DNA from: an uncultured Chloroflexia bacterium
GTDB taxonomy: Bacteria > Chloroflexota > Anaerolineae > CG2-30-64-16
Direction: 5' to 3'
NCBI GenBank assembly: GCA_963810095.1
Contig: CAWEMM010000007.1
Coordinates: forward strand, 256,001-320,000
Length of the DNA stretch: 64,000 bases
Within the stretch, counting starts at the first letter, position 1; every line of letters starts with the position of its first letter. Of the stretch, positions 22,003 to 31,364 are shown piece after piece. Under the pieces are notes generated by a model. It did no database searches, had not been told where the DNA came from, and saw only the letters and a program-made list of their open reading frames with translations. The position numbers were made by a program, and so were the translations under genes.

Positions 22003-22884
22003 TCACCCAACGCTTTCCATCTCGGGCGGCTGGCCGGGCAGGGGCTTGAAATTGGTGATCACCAGGACAAACTCGAGCCGGTTAAAGTCGACGGTGGGCC
22101 GCACGACGGCCTGCTGGTACATGTCGAAGTCGCGCTTCTTGACCTCGATCACCTGGCCGATGGTCAGCCCTTTCGGGAAATTGCCGCCCAACCCCGACGT
22201 CTCCACCTCGTCGCCGACCGCGACGTCGGCCTCCTGCGCGATGTAGTCCATCACAGGCTGCGCGCCGGCCTGGCCGTTGACCACGCCCACGGCCCGGCTG
22301 TTCTCGCGCTTGATCATGGATTGGACGCCGCTGGAAGGGTCGGTAATCAGGAGCACCGTGGCCGTGGTCGGCCCCACCTTCTGGATGCGCCCGACCAGCC
22401 CGCGCTCTGTGACCACCGGCATCCCCTCGGCAATGCCCTGGTCGCTCCCCAGGTCGATCGAAAGGGCCGACAGGTAGTTCGTCGGGCCACGCGAGATGAC
22501 CCGTGCGATCACCTGGCCGCCGCGGAAGTCATAATAGGGGTTGAGCTGGCGGAAACGGAGCAGCTCGCGGAGCTGCTGGTTTTCCGTCTGGACCTCTGCC
22601 AGGCGCGCGTTATCGATGGTGAGAGTATCTACCAGGGAGGTGAGGCGGCGGTTCTCGGTGCGCATCGTCGACAGATCGCGCACGGTGGCGGCGACGTTGT
22701 CGACCTGGCGGCCGATATCGTTAAATGCGGTGAGGAAGGGCCGGGCAACTGCGCCCATGGCGCCCTCGACCGGTCCCATGCGGCCAGTGGATGACAGCAC
22801 CAGGAGCACGACGCTCACCGACGCCAGCACCAAAAACAGGATGCTGCTGCCGGAAAGACGGCGAGTTGAAAAGGTCCGCTTCAC
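22003..22884 (-). CDS. mreC: Rod shape-determining protein MreC
   Basis: N-terminal TM, coiled coil (ENQQLRELL), IDLGSDQGI..GMPVV..GLVGRI, TSGLGGNFPKG. Confidence 0.93.
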   Translation of the reverse strand: MKRTFSTRRLSGSSILFLVLASVSVVLLVLSSTGRMGPVEGAMGAVARPFLTAFNDIGRQVDNVAATVRDLSTMRTENRRLTSLVDTLTIDNARLAEVQTENQQLRELLRFRQLNPYYDFRGGQVIARVISRGPTNYLSALSIDLGSDQGIAEGMPVVTERGLVGRIQKVGPTTATVLLITDPSSGVQSMIKRENSRAVGVVNGQAGAQPVMDYIAQEADVAVGDEVETSGLGGNFPKGLTIGQVIEVKKRDFDMYQQAVVRPTVDFNRLEFVLVITNFKPLPGQPPEMESVG

Positions 22885-22959
22885 TTCAGACTCATAATCG
22901 TATGGGGCGACCGCGCGCTTCCTTGGGAAGCAAAGTCGCCCCATACGAGTTCGATTTTG

Positions 22960-24021
22960 CTAGTGCAACGTGCTGCCGCGCTGCATGCTGGCCAGGGTCT
23001 TCTGGAGCAGCGGGAAGTCCTCGAGCACCATGCCCGACCCGCGGGCGACGCAGCTCAGCGGGTCTTCGGCGACATACACCTTCATGCGGGTTTCGTCAGT
23101 CAGCCGCTGGGCCAGCCCCTTGAGGAGCGCACCGCCGCCTGCGAGCGCGATGCCGTGCTCCATCAGGTCGGCAATCAGTTCGGGCGGCGTCTGGTCGATC
23201 GCCTGGCGAATGGTGTCGATGATGATCGACACGGAATTACGCAGCGCCTCGCGCAGCTCCACGCTGCTGATCTCGACCGCCTCGGGCAGCCCGGTGATCA
23301 GGTTGCGCCCCCGCAACTCGACCGTCATCTCGGGATCCAGCGGATAGGCCGAGCCCGCTTCGATTTTGACTCGCTCGGCCATCTGCTCGCCGATCAGAAG
23401 GTTGTACTTCTGGCGGGCGTAGGCGATGATGTCTTCGTTCATTTCGTCGCCTGCGACGCGGATGGACCCCGCGACGACGATCCCGCCCAATGACGTCACC
23501 GCGACTTCGGTTGTTCCACCGCCGATGTCCACGATCATGCTGCCGAGCGCCTCGGCCACGGGCAGGCTCGCACCGATGGCCGCGGCCATCGGTTCCTCGA
23601 TGAGGAAGGCCTCGCGCGCGCCCGCGCTGATCGTGGCGTCGTAAACCGCACGCTTCTCAACCTCGGTCACGCCGCTCGGAATACCGACGACCACCCGCGG
23701 GCGCGGCACGCGCAGGACCATCCGCTCGTGCACCTTGCGGATGAAGTAATCGAGCATTTTCTCGGTCACGTCGAAATCCGAGATGACGCCGTCGCGCAGC
23801 GGGCGAATGGCCACGATGTTGCCCGGCGTCCGGCCGACCATCTCCTTGGCCTCGCTGCCGATCGCCAGTACTTTCTTCGTTCTCTTGTCGATTGCTACGA
23901 CAGACGGCTCGTTGATCATGATGCCGCGATGACGGACATAGACGAGGGTATTAGCAGTGCCCAAGTCGATGCCGATGTCGAGGGAAAACAGGCCAAGCAG
24001 CCAGTTAAGCGGGCTAAACAC
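22960..24021 (-). CDS. mreB: Cell shape protein MreB
   Basis: DIGIDLGTANTLVY, RPLRDGVISDF, IEEPMAAAIGA, VDIGGGTTEVA, LAGGGALL. AGGAG precedes GTG 24021. Confidence 0.97.
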   Translation of the reverse strand: MFSPLNWLLGLFSLDIGIDLGTANTLVYVRHRGIMINEPSVVAIDKRTKKVLAIGSEAKEMVGRTPGNIVAIRPLRDGVISDFDVTEKMLDYFIRKVHERMVLRVPRPRVVVGIPSGVTEVEKRAVYDATISAGAREAFLIEEPMAAAIGASLPVAEALGSMIVDIGGGTTEVAVTSLGGIVVAGSIRVAGDEMNEDIIAYARQKYNLLIGEQMAERVKIEAGSAYPLDPEMTVELRGRNLITGLPEAVEISSVELREALRNSVSIIIDTIRQAIDQTPPELIADLMEHGIALAGGGALLKGLAQRLTDETRMKVYVAEDPLSCVARGSGMVLEDFPLLQKTLASMQRGSTLH

Positions 24022-24203
24022 GCGAGATGCGCTCCTGGTGGTGGTAACGCACGCGACCGGTCTCGGAGGCGGGCGTAGCAAGGCGTTCGTACGCAGAAAT
24101 AGATTATAGCACCTCGTGGAGAGATGCCCAAAAGAAGCGTCATGCGGGGCGAATTGGCGGGCGGCGGTTCGGGCCTCGATTCTTGCAGCCTATCCAAATA
24201 ACC

Positions 24204-24234
24204 GCTGGGGGCTCGGTCGGAGACCGGCCCCAGC
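24204..24234. repeat. REP-like palindrome, second copy at 55487-55513
   Basis: GCTGGGGGCTCGGTCGGAGACCGGCCCCAGC; shares CGGTCrGAGACCGGCCCCAGC with 55493-55513. Confidence 0.6.
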
Positions 24235-24270
24235 GTCTGCCAGATAGGTGCCTAGCATACTTGTTCTGGT

Positions 24271-24299
24271 TTGGCCCTGAGTCTTGTACGTGCTATCAT
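24271..24299 (+). promoter_or_regulatory. tilS promoter, probably leaderless
   Basis: TTGGCC-17-TATCAT with extended TG; ATG follows 6 nt later with no SD. Confidence 0.55.
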
Positions 24300-24305
24300 T
24301 TCGTT

Positions 24306-25793
24306 ATGTCTCAACTCGCCGCACGGGTCGCAGCCTATATCGGACAGTACGAGCTCCTTGCCGGCGCGCGGCTGCTCGTGGTGGGCGTGTCGGGTGGGGC
24401 CGATTCTCTCTGCCTGCTGCACGTGCTCCGCGAGCTCGCGCCGCGGCTCGGCATCGGGCTTCATCTGGCACACCTCGACCACGGCTTGCGCGGCGCCGAG
24501 TCGGACGCGGATGCAGAGGCGGTCCGAGCCATCGCCGGCGAGTGGGACCTCCCCGTGACGATTGGCAGGGAGGACGTGGCCGGTTACGCCCGGGCGCACC
24601 GCCTTGCGCTCGAAGAAGCGGCCCGCCAGCTTCGATATGCCTTCCTGGCCGCCACCGCGGCCGGCGCTGGTGCGTCGCACATCGCCGTCGGACATCATGC
24701 CGACGATCAGGCCGAGACGGTCCTCATGCACTTCCTGCGCGGCAGCGGCCCGGGAGGCCTGCGCGGGATGCTCCCTATCATGCCCCTGACCGAATACCGG
24801 GCGCTGGTCGCTCGGTCGGGCGCTTCCGACGCCGATTTGCTGCTGATCCGTCCTTTGCTTGCGGAACGCCGGGCGGACATCGACGCGTATTGTGCCGCGC
24901 ACGGGCTTGCGCCCCGCGTCGACACCAGCAACGCGGACACCCGCCTGTACCGCAACCGGTTGCGTCACGAGCTCCTGCCCATCCTGCGCACGTATAATCC
25001 GGGCATCGACGAGGTGCTCTCGCACACCGCGCTCGTGATGGCCCGCGACTCTGAAGTGCTGCAGGATGCGACGGCGAGGGCGTTGAGCGCGGTCGAGGTG
25101 CCCGCGCCGCCGGACCAGGCGCCCGCCATCGTCAGCTTTGACCGCCGCCTGTGGCGCGCGCTGCCCGCGGGCCTCCAGGCCGCGACGCTGCGGGCGGCAG
25201 TGGTTCGCTTGCGCCGTACGCTGCGCAACATCAACTGGGAACATGTCGAGCATGCGGTCCGGGTGGGCCAGACCGGCGCGACGGGCGACTCGGCGACGAT
25301 CGCGGCGGGGCTGGAACTGAGGGTGGACTACGACCGCCTGCACGTTGGCCCCGAAGGTGGGCGGGCGGTGACAGATGCACCGCAGGTGGCGGGGGTCGTC
25401 CCGCTCGCTGCGCCGGGCGAGACGGAAATCGGCCGGGGTTGGCGCGTCGGGGTACGGCTGCTCTCCGGTGCCGGGCTGCCCGTGGAGTACGCGGCAAACG
25501 ACGATCGCTGGACCGCGTACCTGGATGCGGACGCCACGGGTAGGGAGCTCGCGCTGCGGCCGCGGCGGCCCGGCGACCGTTTTCACCCGCTCGGGCTGGG
25601 CGGTCATGCCGTGCGCCTCAACGAATACATGATCAATGTGAAAGTGCCTGCGGCGGAGCGGGGGGGCTGGCCCGTGCTCGATGCCGGGTGCGGCATTGCA
25701 TGGGTGTGCGGCCTGCGGGTGGATCAACGTGCGGCCATTGGGTCCGGCACGGAGCGGGTTTGGGAAGTGAGGTTCGAGCGATGGGCGGAGTAG
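24306..25793 (+). CDS. tilS: tRNA(Ile)-lysidine synthetase
   Basis: VGVSGGADS, HLDHGLRG, EEAARQLRY, GHHADDQAET, RPLL, DTSN...RNRLR. Confidence 0.96.
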   Translation: MSQLAARVAAYIGQYELLAGARLLVVGVSGGADSLCLLHVLRELAPRLGIGLHLAHLDHGLRGAESDADAEAVRAIAGEWDLPVTIGREDVAGYARAHRLALEEAARQLRYAFLAATAAGAGASHIAVGHHADDQAETVLMHFLRGSGPGGLRGMLPIMPLTEYRALVARSGASDADLLLIRPLLAERRADIDAYCAAHGLAPRVDTSNADTRLYRNRLRHELLPILRTYNPGIDEVLSHTALVMARDSEVLQDATARALSAVEVPAPPDQAPAIVSFDRRLWRALPAGLQAATLRAAVVRLRRTLRNINWEHVEHAVRVGQTGATGDSATIAAGLELRVDYDRLHVGPEGGRAVTDAPQVAGVVPLAAPGETEIGRGWRVGVRLLSGAGLPVEYAANDDRWTAYLDADATGRELALRPRRPGDRFHPLGLGGHAVRLNEYMINVKVPAAERGGWPVLDAGCGIAWVCGLRVDQRAAIGSGTERVWEVRFERWAE

Positions 25794-26980
25794 TCCAGCT
25801 GGCAAGCGGCAAGGACAAGCCGGTGCGGCAGCGGCACCCGTGGGTGTTCTCGGGCGCGATCCGGGAGACGCGCGGCAACCCCGCGCCTGGCGACGTCGTG
25901 GACGTCGTCGACGACCGCCGGAACTGGCTCGCCCGGGGGTACTACAATGCGAAGTCGCAGATCGTCGTTCGGATCCTTACCTGGGACGAGGCCGAGCCTA
26001 TCGACGAGGCGTTCTGGGTGCGACGGCTGACAGCCGCGGCCGGTTTGCGGTCGGCGCTCGGCCTCACGTCCAGCAAAGACACCACCGGCTACCGCCTGGC
26101 GTTCGCGGAGAGCGACCTGCTGCCCGGCCTGATCGTGGACCGGTACGATGACTGGCTCAGCGTCCAGTTCCTCACACTCGGCGTCGACGTCCGCCGCGAG
26201 CTCCTGACCCGCCTCTTGATGGAGCTATTCAAGCCGGCCGGGATCGTGGACCGCTCGGACCCGATCGCCCGGCGGCAGGAGGGGCTGCGGACTGATCCTG
26301 GCCTGGCAGCCGGGCGCGAGCCCCCGCCTGAGCTCACGATTGCCGAGTATGGGCTGCGCTTTCCGGTCGATCTGCTCGGCGGGCAGAAGACCGGATTCTA
26401 CCTGGACCAGCGCGAGAACCGGCGGATGGTCGCCGCCTTTGCCGCGGACAAGCGGGTGCTGAACGCGTTCAGCTTCACCGGTGCGTTTGCCGTGCATGCG
26501 CTCAAGCAGGGCGCGGCGCATGTGACCAACGTCGACACTTCGCTGGAGGCGCTGGAGGGTGCGGAGGCCGCACTGCGGTATAACGGGTTCGATCCCGACA
26601 CGCAGGCGGATGCGATCCAGGGCGACGTGTTCCAGGTGCTCCGCGGCTTCCGCGACGAGGGGCGGCAGTTCGACCTCGTGATCCTCGATCCCCCAAAGTT
26701 CGCCAGAAGCAAGGGCGAACTTGATGGCGCGCTGCGGGGGTACAAGGACATCAACCTGCTGGCGATGCGCCTGCTCAAGCCGGGGGGCTTCCTGGCGACC
26801 TTCTCGTGCAGCGGCCTGGTGACGCCCGACCTGTTCCAGAAGGTCGTCTTTGGCGCGAGCATCGACGCGGGGCGGACCATGCAGGTCGTCGCGCACCTGA
26901 CCCAGGCGCCCGACCACCCGCTCCTGCTGACCTTCCCGGAGGGCGAATACCTGAAGGGATTGTTGGCGCGGGCAGCTTGA
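25781..26980 (+). CDS. rlmI: 23S rRNA m5C1962 methyltransferase (RlmI/RlmK family)
   Basis: RHPWVFSG PUA domain, ESDLLPGLIVDRY, GQKTGFYLDQRENR, FDLVILDPPKF, TFSCSG, PEGEYLKG. Confidence 0.92.
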   Translation: MGGVVQLASGKDKPVRQRHPWVFSGAIRETRGNPAPGDVVDVVDDRRNWLARGYYNAKSQIVVRILTWDEAEPIDEAFWVRRLTAAAGLRSALGLTSSKDTTGYRLAFAESDLLPGLIVDRYDDWLSVQFLTLGVDVRRELLTRLLMELFKPAGIVDRSDPIARRQEGLRTDPGLAAGREPPPELTIAEYGLRFPVDLLGGQKTGFYLDQRENRRMVAAFAADKRVLNAFSFTGAFAVHALKQGAAHVTNVDTSLEALEGAEAALRYNGFDPDTQADAIQGDVFQVLRGFRDEGRQFDLVILDPPKFARSKGELDGALRGYKDINLLAMRLLKPGGFLATFSCSGLVTPDLFQKVVFGASIDAGRTMQVVAHLTQAPDHPLLLTFPEGEYLKGLLARAA

Positions 26981-26989
26981 GAGCCATCT

Positions 26990-27105
26990 AACACAAAGGC
27001 ACAAAGGCATAACGGAAAGGTCTTTGTGTCATGGCGTCGTCTCAGGCGTGAAGGACTTCTTGGGCGCGGCAGAAATCGGGTTTCTCGCCGAAACCTGGTT
27101 TCTTC
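26990..27105. repeat. Cluster of short palindromic elements (octamer ACACAAAG type and AGAAACCGGGTTTCT type)
   Basis: AACACAAAG-GCACAAAG...CTTTGTGT at 26990-27029; AGAAATCGGGTTTCT (27071-27085) and GAAACCTGGTTTCT (27090-27103). Confidence 0.55.
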
Positions 27106-27126
27106 GGTGCCTGGAAATGGATTGAC

Positions 27127-27726
27127 ATGACAGCATTGTATCAACGGCAGCCGGAGGATTGGGACAAGGATCTCGACGACCGCAGGTTTGAGGAGCAGGT
27201 CAAGGCCGCGCTGAGCCTCATGCGTTGGCAGTTCCAGGATTTCACGAGCAGCCATGACCTGCCTGACCTCGTGCTCCTGCACCGGGTGGGCGAGCAGCGT
27301 GTCAACGTGGCGCTCGAGCTCAAGGAGAAACGCCAGCGCTACCGGCAGCGGTGGGAGCAGTTGGCGCAGCTGCCCGAGCGGGACGTCCTGGCGTTGGACG
27401 AGGTCGCCGCACGCAAGCTGCTCGCGTTCGCGCCCTACGCGTTTCTGCTGTATCATGACGAGACGGGACGGGGTAGACCTTACGTCCTGTATTCGATCCT
27501 CGACCTGATGTGTGCTCCCAAGGTGCGCGTGCAGCGGCCCATTAACCTTCACGGCGAGCGTCTCAAAGGGAAGTGGCTGTTAAACCGGCGACACGGTCGC
27601 GCGTTCGGCGGGTTGAACGACGTGCTGCTCGATCTGCGGGCGTACGTCGATCACGATCTGGCAGGCGATCTGCACGGCTTGGGCACACACGGCAGGTATG
27701 AAGGGGAAATCGTGGAGACCCTTTGA
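27127..27726 (+). CDS. Hypothetical protein with PD-(D/E)XK nuclease-like motif
   Basis: FEEQV helix, then LPDLVLL...VALELKEK; stop overlaps the next start. Confidence 0.6.
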   Translation: MTALYQRQPEDWDKDLDDRRFEEQVKAALSLMRWQFQDFTSSHDLPDLVLLHRVGEQRVNVALELKEKRQRYRQRWEQLAQLPERDVLALDEVAARKLLAFAPYAFLLYHDETGRGRPYVLYSILDLMCAPKVRVQRPINLHGERLKGKWLLNRRHGRAFGGLNDVLLDLRAYVDHDLAGDLHGLGTHGRYEGEIVETL

Positions 27727-28936
27727 CGCCCCATCCCGACTCGCCCTCACGCCTTCGCTTTACCCGTTCACTCGCCGCGCTGTTTGCGCTGGCCCTCTTC
27801 CTTTCGTTCTTGCCCGTACACACCCGTCCGGCCGCGGCCGCACCCGAGCGCCTGGTGCTCGCGTTCTACTACACCTGGTTTGACGAAGCCAGCTGGGCCC
27901 CCGGCCGCGTTCCAGACGTGCCGCTGCAGCCCTACATCTCGCGTGATCGCGGCGTCATGGGCCGGCACATCGACCAGGCGAAAGCCGCGGGAATCGATGC
28001 GTTCGTTGTGTCGTGGTACGGGCCGCGGGTGGAGAACAACCAGACCGAGACGAACTTGCGAGCGCTTCTCGACGAGGCCGCTGCCAGGGGCTTTCGCATC
28101 GCGGTAGACTTCGAGGTCGGCAGCCCCTTCTTCCGGGGCGCGGGCGACGTCCAGGCCGCGCTCGGTGCATTACTCGCCACGCACGCCCAGCATCCCGCGT
28201 ATCTGCGTTCTGAGGGGAAGCCCGTGGTTTTCTTCTGGCGGCAACAAAGGTACAATGTGGGCGTCTGGAAGGGGATTCGCGACGCGGTGGACCCCGGTCG
28301 CGGGAGCCTGTGGATCGAGGAGGGCGTCGACGTCTCGCCGCTCTCGGTCTTCGACGGGCACCACCTCTACAGTGTGACGTGGAACCCGCAGACAGACATG
28401 GCGGCGACGGCGCGCAAGTTCAGCCAGCGCACTCGGGCCGCCGCGGCGAAGCTCGGGGCGCCCAAGGTCTATGTGGCGACGGTCATGCCGGGTTACGATG
28501 ACCGCAAGACCGGCCGGGGCAATGCCTTCGCGGTGGGCCGCGAGGACGGGGCCTACTACGAACGTTCCTGGCAGGCGGCGATCGGCAGCGCGCCCGACTG
28601 GATCATCATTACGAGCTTCAACGAGTGGCCCGAGGGCACCTATATCGAGCCAAGCCAGGCGTTCGGGACGAAGTATCTCGACATGACGGGACAATGGGCG
28701 GCGGCGTTCCGCACCGCGGCGCCACCTCCGCCGAGCGTGGCACACCTGCGGCGCCTGCACCGCTCTGCGTCAAGGCGGCCCCGGCGTCCGCCCCGCGGCC
28801 CAAGGTCACGGTTGCGCCGGCGAAGAAGAAGCCGGTCGCCACGCCAAAGCCACCGGCCTCGGCACAGTTAAAGCCCACACCTTCGCCCACCCGAGAGCCG
28901 GTTTACAGGGTTCCAGGGGGGCCCGGGCGTTTTTAG
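27723..28936 (+). CDS. Secreted glycoside hydrolase (GH99/GH71-like) with Pro/Lys-rich tail. Frameshift near 28740.
   Basis: Signal peptide, LVLAFYYTWF, HIDQAKAAGIDAFVVSW, VATVMPGYDD, IITSFNEWPEGTYIEPS. Confidence 0.85.
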
Positions 28937-28954
28937 CAACAGGAGTCTGCCGCC

Positions 28955-29497
28955 ATGATCGACCCGTCCTATATCGCCGAAATCCTGATCCCCTCGGACA
29001 AGCTGCAGGCGCGCGTGTGTGAGCTGGGCGCCGAGATCGACCGCGACTACATGGGCCAGGACTTGCTCCTGCTTGCGGTGCTGAAGGGCAGCGTGCTCTT
29101 CCTCACCGACCTGATGCGCTGCATCAGCACGCCCCATAGCATCGACTTCATGGCAACCTCATCGTACGGCAACGCCATGGAATCGTCGGGCGTCGTGCGC
29201 ATCCTCAAGGACCTGGACCAGTCCATCGAAGGCCGCAACGTGCTGATCGTCGAAGACATCATCGACACCGGGCGCACGCTTGAATACCTGGTCCGCATCC
29301 TGCGCGCCCGCCAGCCCAAGTCGCTCGAGATCTGCACCTTACTGAACAAGCCTGCCCGCCGCGAGGCGCAGGTGCCGGTGAAGTACGTCGGTTTTGATAT
29401 CCCCGACAAGTTCGTGCTGGGGTACGGATTGGATTTCGTTGAGAAATATCGGAACCTCCCCTATATCGCCGTCCTGGCGCCCGAGCTTTACAGCTAA
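28955..29497 (+). CDS. hpt: Hypoxanthine phosphoribosyltransferase
   Basis: VLKGSVLF..DL, SSYG, VLIVEDIIDTGRTL, FVLGYGLD...YRNLPYI. Confidence 0.97.
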   Translation: MIDPSYIAEILIPSDKLQARVCELGAEIDRDYMGQDLLLLAVLKGSVLFLTDLMRCISTPHSIDFMATSSYGNAMESSGVVRILKDLDQSIEGRNVLIVEDIIDTGRTLEYLVRILRARQPKSLEICTLLNKPARREAQVPVKYVGFDIPDKFVLGYGLDFVEKYRNLPYIAVLAPELYS

Positions 29498-29498
29498 C

Positions 29499-30479
29499 GT
29501 TCACCCGCGGCTGGCATTCGGCCTCGCGCTCGCGTGCCTTGTCTTCTGCGCCTGGCTGAGCGGCGCGCGGCCGGCACACGCGGACGACCTCGTGATCGAC
29601 CTGCGGCCGCATCCACCGTCGTTTGTCGAGCACGACGACGGCCGAGACCCGCGCGCCCCTGCCACACCCGTCGCCTCGTACCGTGCCACCGGCCCCGCAA
29701 CCATTCAGCGCGTGCAGCTGTCGCCGTGGCCGCCGGTGCAGGGACAGACCCTCGTCGTGACGCTGCAGGCCGGCCGGCCGGTCACCTTCTCGCTCACGTT
29801 CTCGGGCCGGCCAGTTCCCGTCGTGGGCGGCAAGACGGGTGGGTGGGCCCTGGCGCCCGTGCCTGCGCTGCAAAAGGCCGGCTTCACCCCGCTGACGGTG
29901 CGCGCAGGCGACCAGGAGCTCACCGTCAATGTGCCGGTGAGGGCGGGGGTCTTTGAAACCATCAATATCCCGGCTGCCACCGCGGCCCCCATCCTCTCGA
30001 ACACGGCCAAGGTGAGCGCCGAGACGGCCCGCATGACCCGGCTCTTTGCCGGAACGGACCCCGGTGCCTGGACGCCCCGCACCCGCTTCGCCGCTCCGCT
30101 GCACGGAAAGTTCAGCCACACCTCGCCTTTCGGCTCGCGGCGCACGTATGGTAAGGACCCCGCACTGACCACGCACGCGGGGGAGGACTACAGCGCGATT
30201 GCCGGCACCCCGGTATACGCCCCGTCAGCCGGCACCGTCGTCCTCGCCGAGCAGATGTTCGTGCGCGGCAACGCCGTCGTGCTGGATCACGGCAACGGCG
30301 TCTTCACCGGCTACTGGCATCTCTCGGAGATCGACGTCAAGCCCGGCGACAAGGTGAAGCCCGGTCAGCTGATGGGCAAGGTGGGTAGCACCGGCCTGAG
30401 CACCGGCGCGCATTTGCACTGGGAGATGCGCGTGAACGGGATGGCGGTAGACCCGCTACAGTGGTTAGTGGGGAAGTAG
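29499..30479 (+). CDS. Secreted M23 family metallopeptidase (start codon uncertain)
   Basis: Signal-like segment, TSPFGSRR, HAGED, GNAVVLDHG, YWHL, STGAHLHWE. Confidence 0.85.
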   Translation, partial: VHPRLAFGLALACLVFCAWLSGARPAHADDLVIDLRPHPPSFVEHDDGRDPRAPATPVASYRATGPATIQRVQLSPWPPVQGQTLVVTLQAGRPVTFSLTFSGRPVPVVGGKTGGWALAPVPALQKAGFTPLTVRAGDQELTVNVPVRAGVFETINIPAATAAPILSNTAKVSAETARMTRLFAGTDPGAWTPRTRFAAPLHGKFSHTSPFGSRRTYGKDPALTTHAGEDYSAIAGTPVYAPSAGTVVLAEQMFVRGNAVVLDHGNGVFTGYWHLSEIDVKPGDKVKPGQLMGKVGSTGLSTGAHLHWEMRVNGMAVDPLQWLVGK

Positions 30480-30484
30480 ACCAT

Positions 30485-30520
30485 AAAACAGCAGCGCCGA
30501 GGCTATGCCTCGGCGCTGTT
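30485..30520. terminator. Terminator between the convergent M23 gene and rplY
   Basis: Stem CAGCGCCGAGGC/GCCTCGGCGCTG with AAAA on the left side. Confidence 0.75.
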
Positions 30521-30546
30521 CAATACCGGACCCGGGAAGCGAAGCG

Positions 30547-31200
30547 TTACGCTTCGTCCTCGTCCTTCTTGCCCTTCTTGACGACTTCCACCTCGTCCGC
30601 ACCCGGTGCTTCTTCGGTGGCGTCCTCAACCGCTGCCGCACGGGACGGCGTGATCGCGAAGAGAACCTGCTCGCCGTCCGTCAGCACCTTGATGCCGGCC
30701 GGCACGCGCAGTTGCTTGACGAGAACTTCGTCGTGCACGCCTGCGAGGGTCGAGAGATCGGCCAGGAGGCGCTCGGGGATATCGCCCGGGAGGCACTCGA
30801 TCTCGACGCTGTCCAGGTTGCGGACCAGCACCAGGTCGGCGTTGTTGGCCGTGGCCGGAGCAGTGCCCTCGGCGACGACCGATACGCTGAGGCGGACCTT
30901 CTCGGTCATCGACACGGACATGAAGTCGATGTGGAGGATCGAGTGCTTCGTGGGATGGCGCTGAACCTCGCGCGTCAAGACGTGCAGCAGCGGTTCGCCG
31001 GGCAGCGTCATCTCGATCGTGCGGCCACCCGCCTTGTGCAGCGCGATGCCGAGCAGCTTGCGGTCCATCGACACGGCCAGCGCTTCCTGACCCTTACCAT
31101 ACACCACGCCGGGAACGCGGCCGGCGTCGCGAAGTTCACGATTACTATGGCGACCGGCCGCGCGGGGCGTCGCTTCCAGGGTGGTTTTATCCATGCTCAT
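30547..31200 (-). CDS. rplY: 50S ribosomal protein L25 / Ctc
   Basis: LRDAGRVPGVVYG, REVQRHP...ILHIDF, IECLPGDIPE, EVEVVKKGKK. Confidence 0.95.
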   Translation of the reverse strand: MSMDKTTLEATPRAAGRHSNRELRDAGRVPGVVYGKGQEALAVSMDRKLLGIALHKAGGRTIEMTLPGEPLLHVLTREVQRHPTKHSILHIDFMSVSMTEKVRLSVSVVAEGTAPATANNADLVLVRNLDSVEIECLPGDIPERLLADLSTLAGVHDEVLVKQLRVPAGIKVLTDGEQVLFAITPSRAAAVEDATEEAPGADEVEVVKKGKKDEDEA

Positions 31201-31364
31201 GTTCTCCTTGATGAATGCAACACTTTATTCTATCCAAAGTGGCGGCATCCGTCAAAAGCGGGGGGTCATCATCCGCGGATGACGCTCAAGCTGCCTCCGC
31301 AACAATAGAAAAACCCTGTTTCTGATTGTCGGGGCCTGCCAGGTTGTGGTAGCATGCCCGGGAG

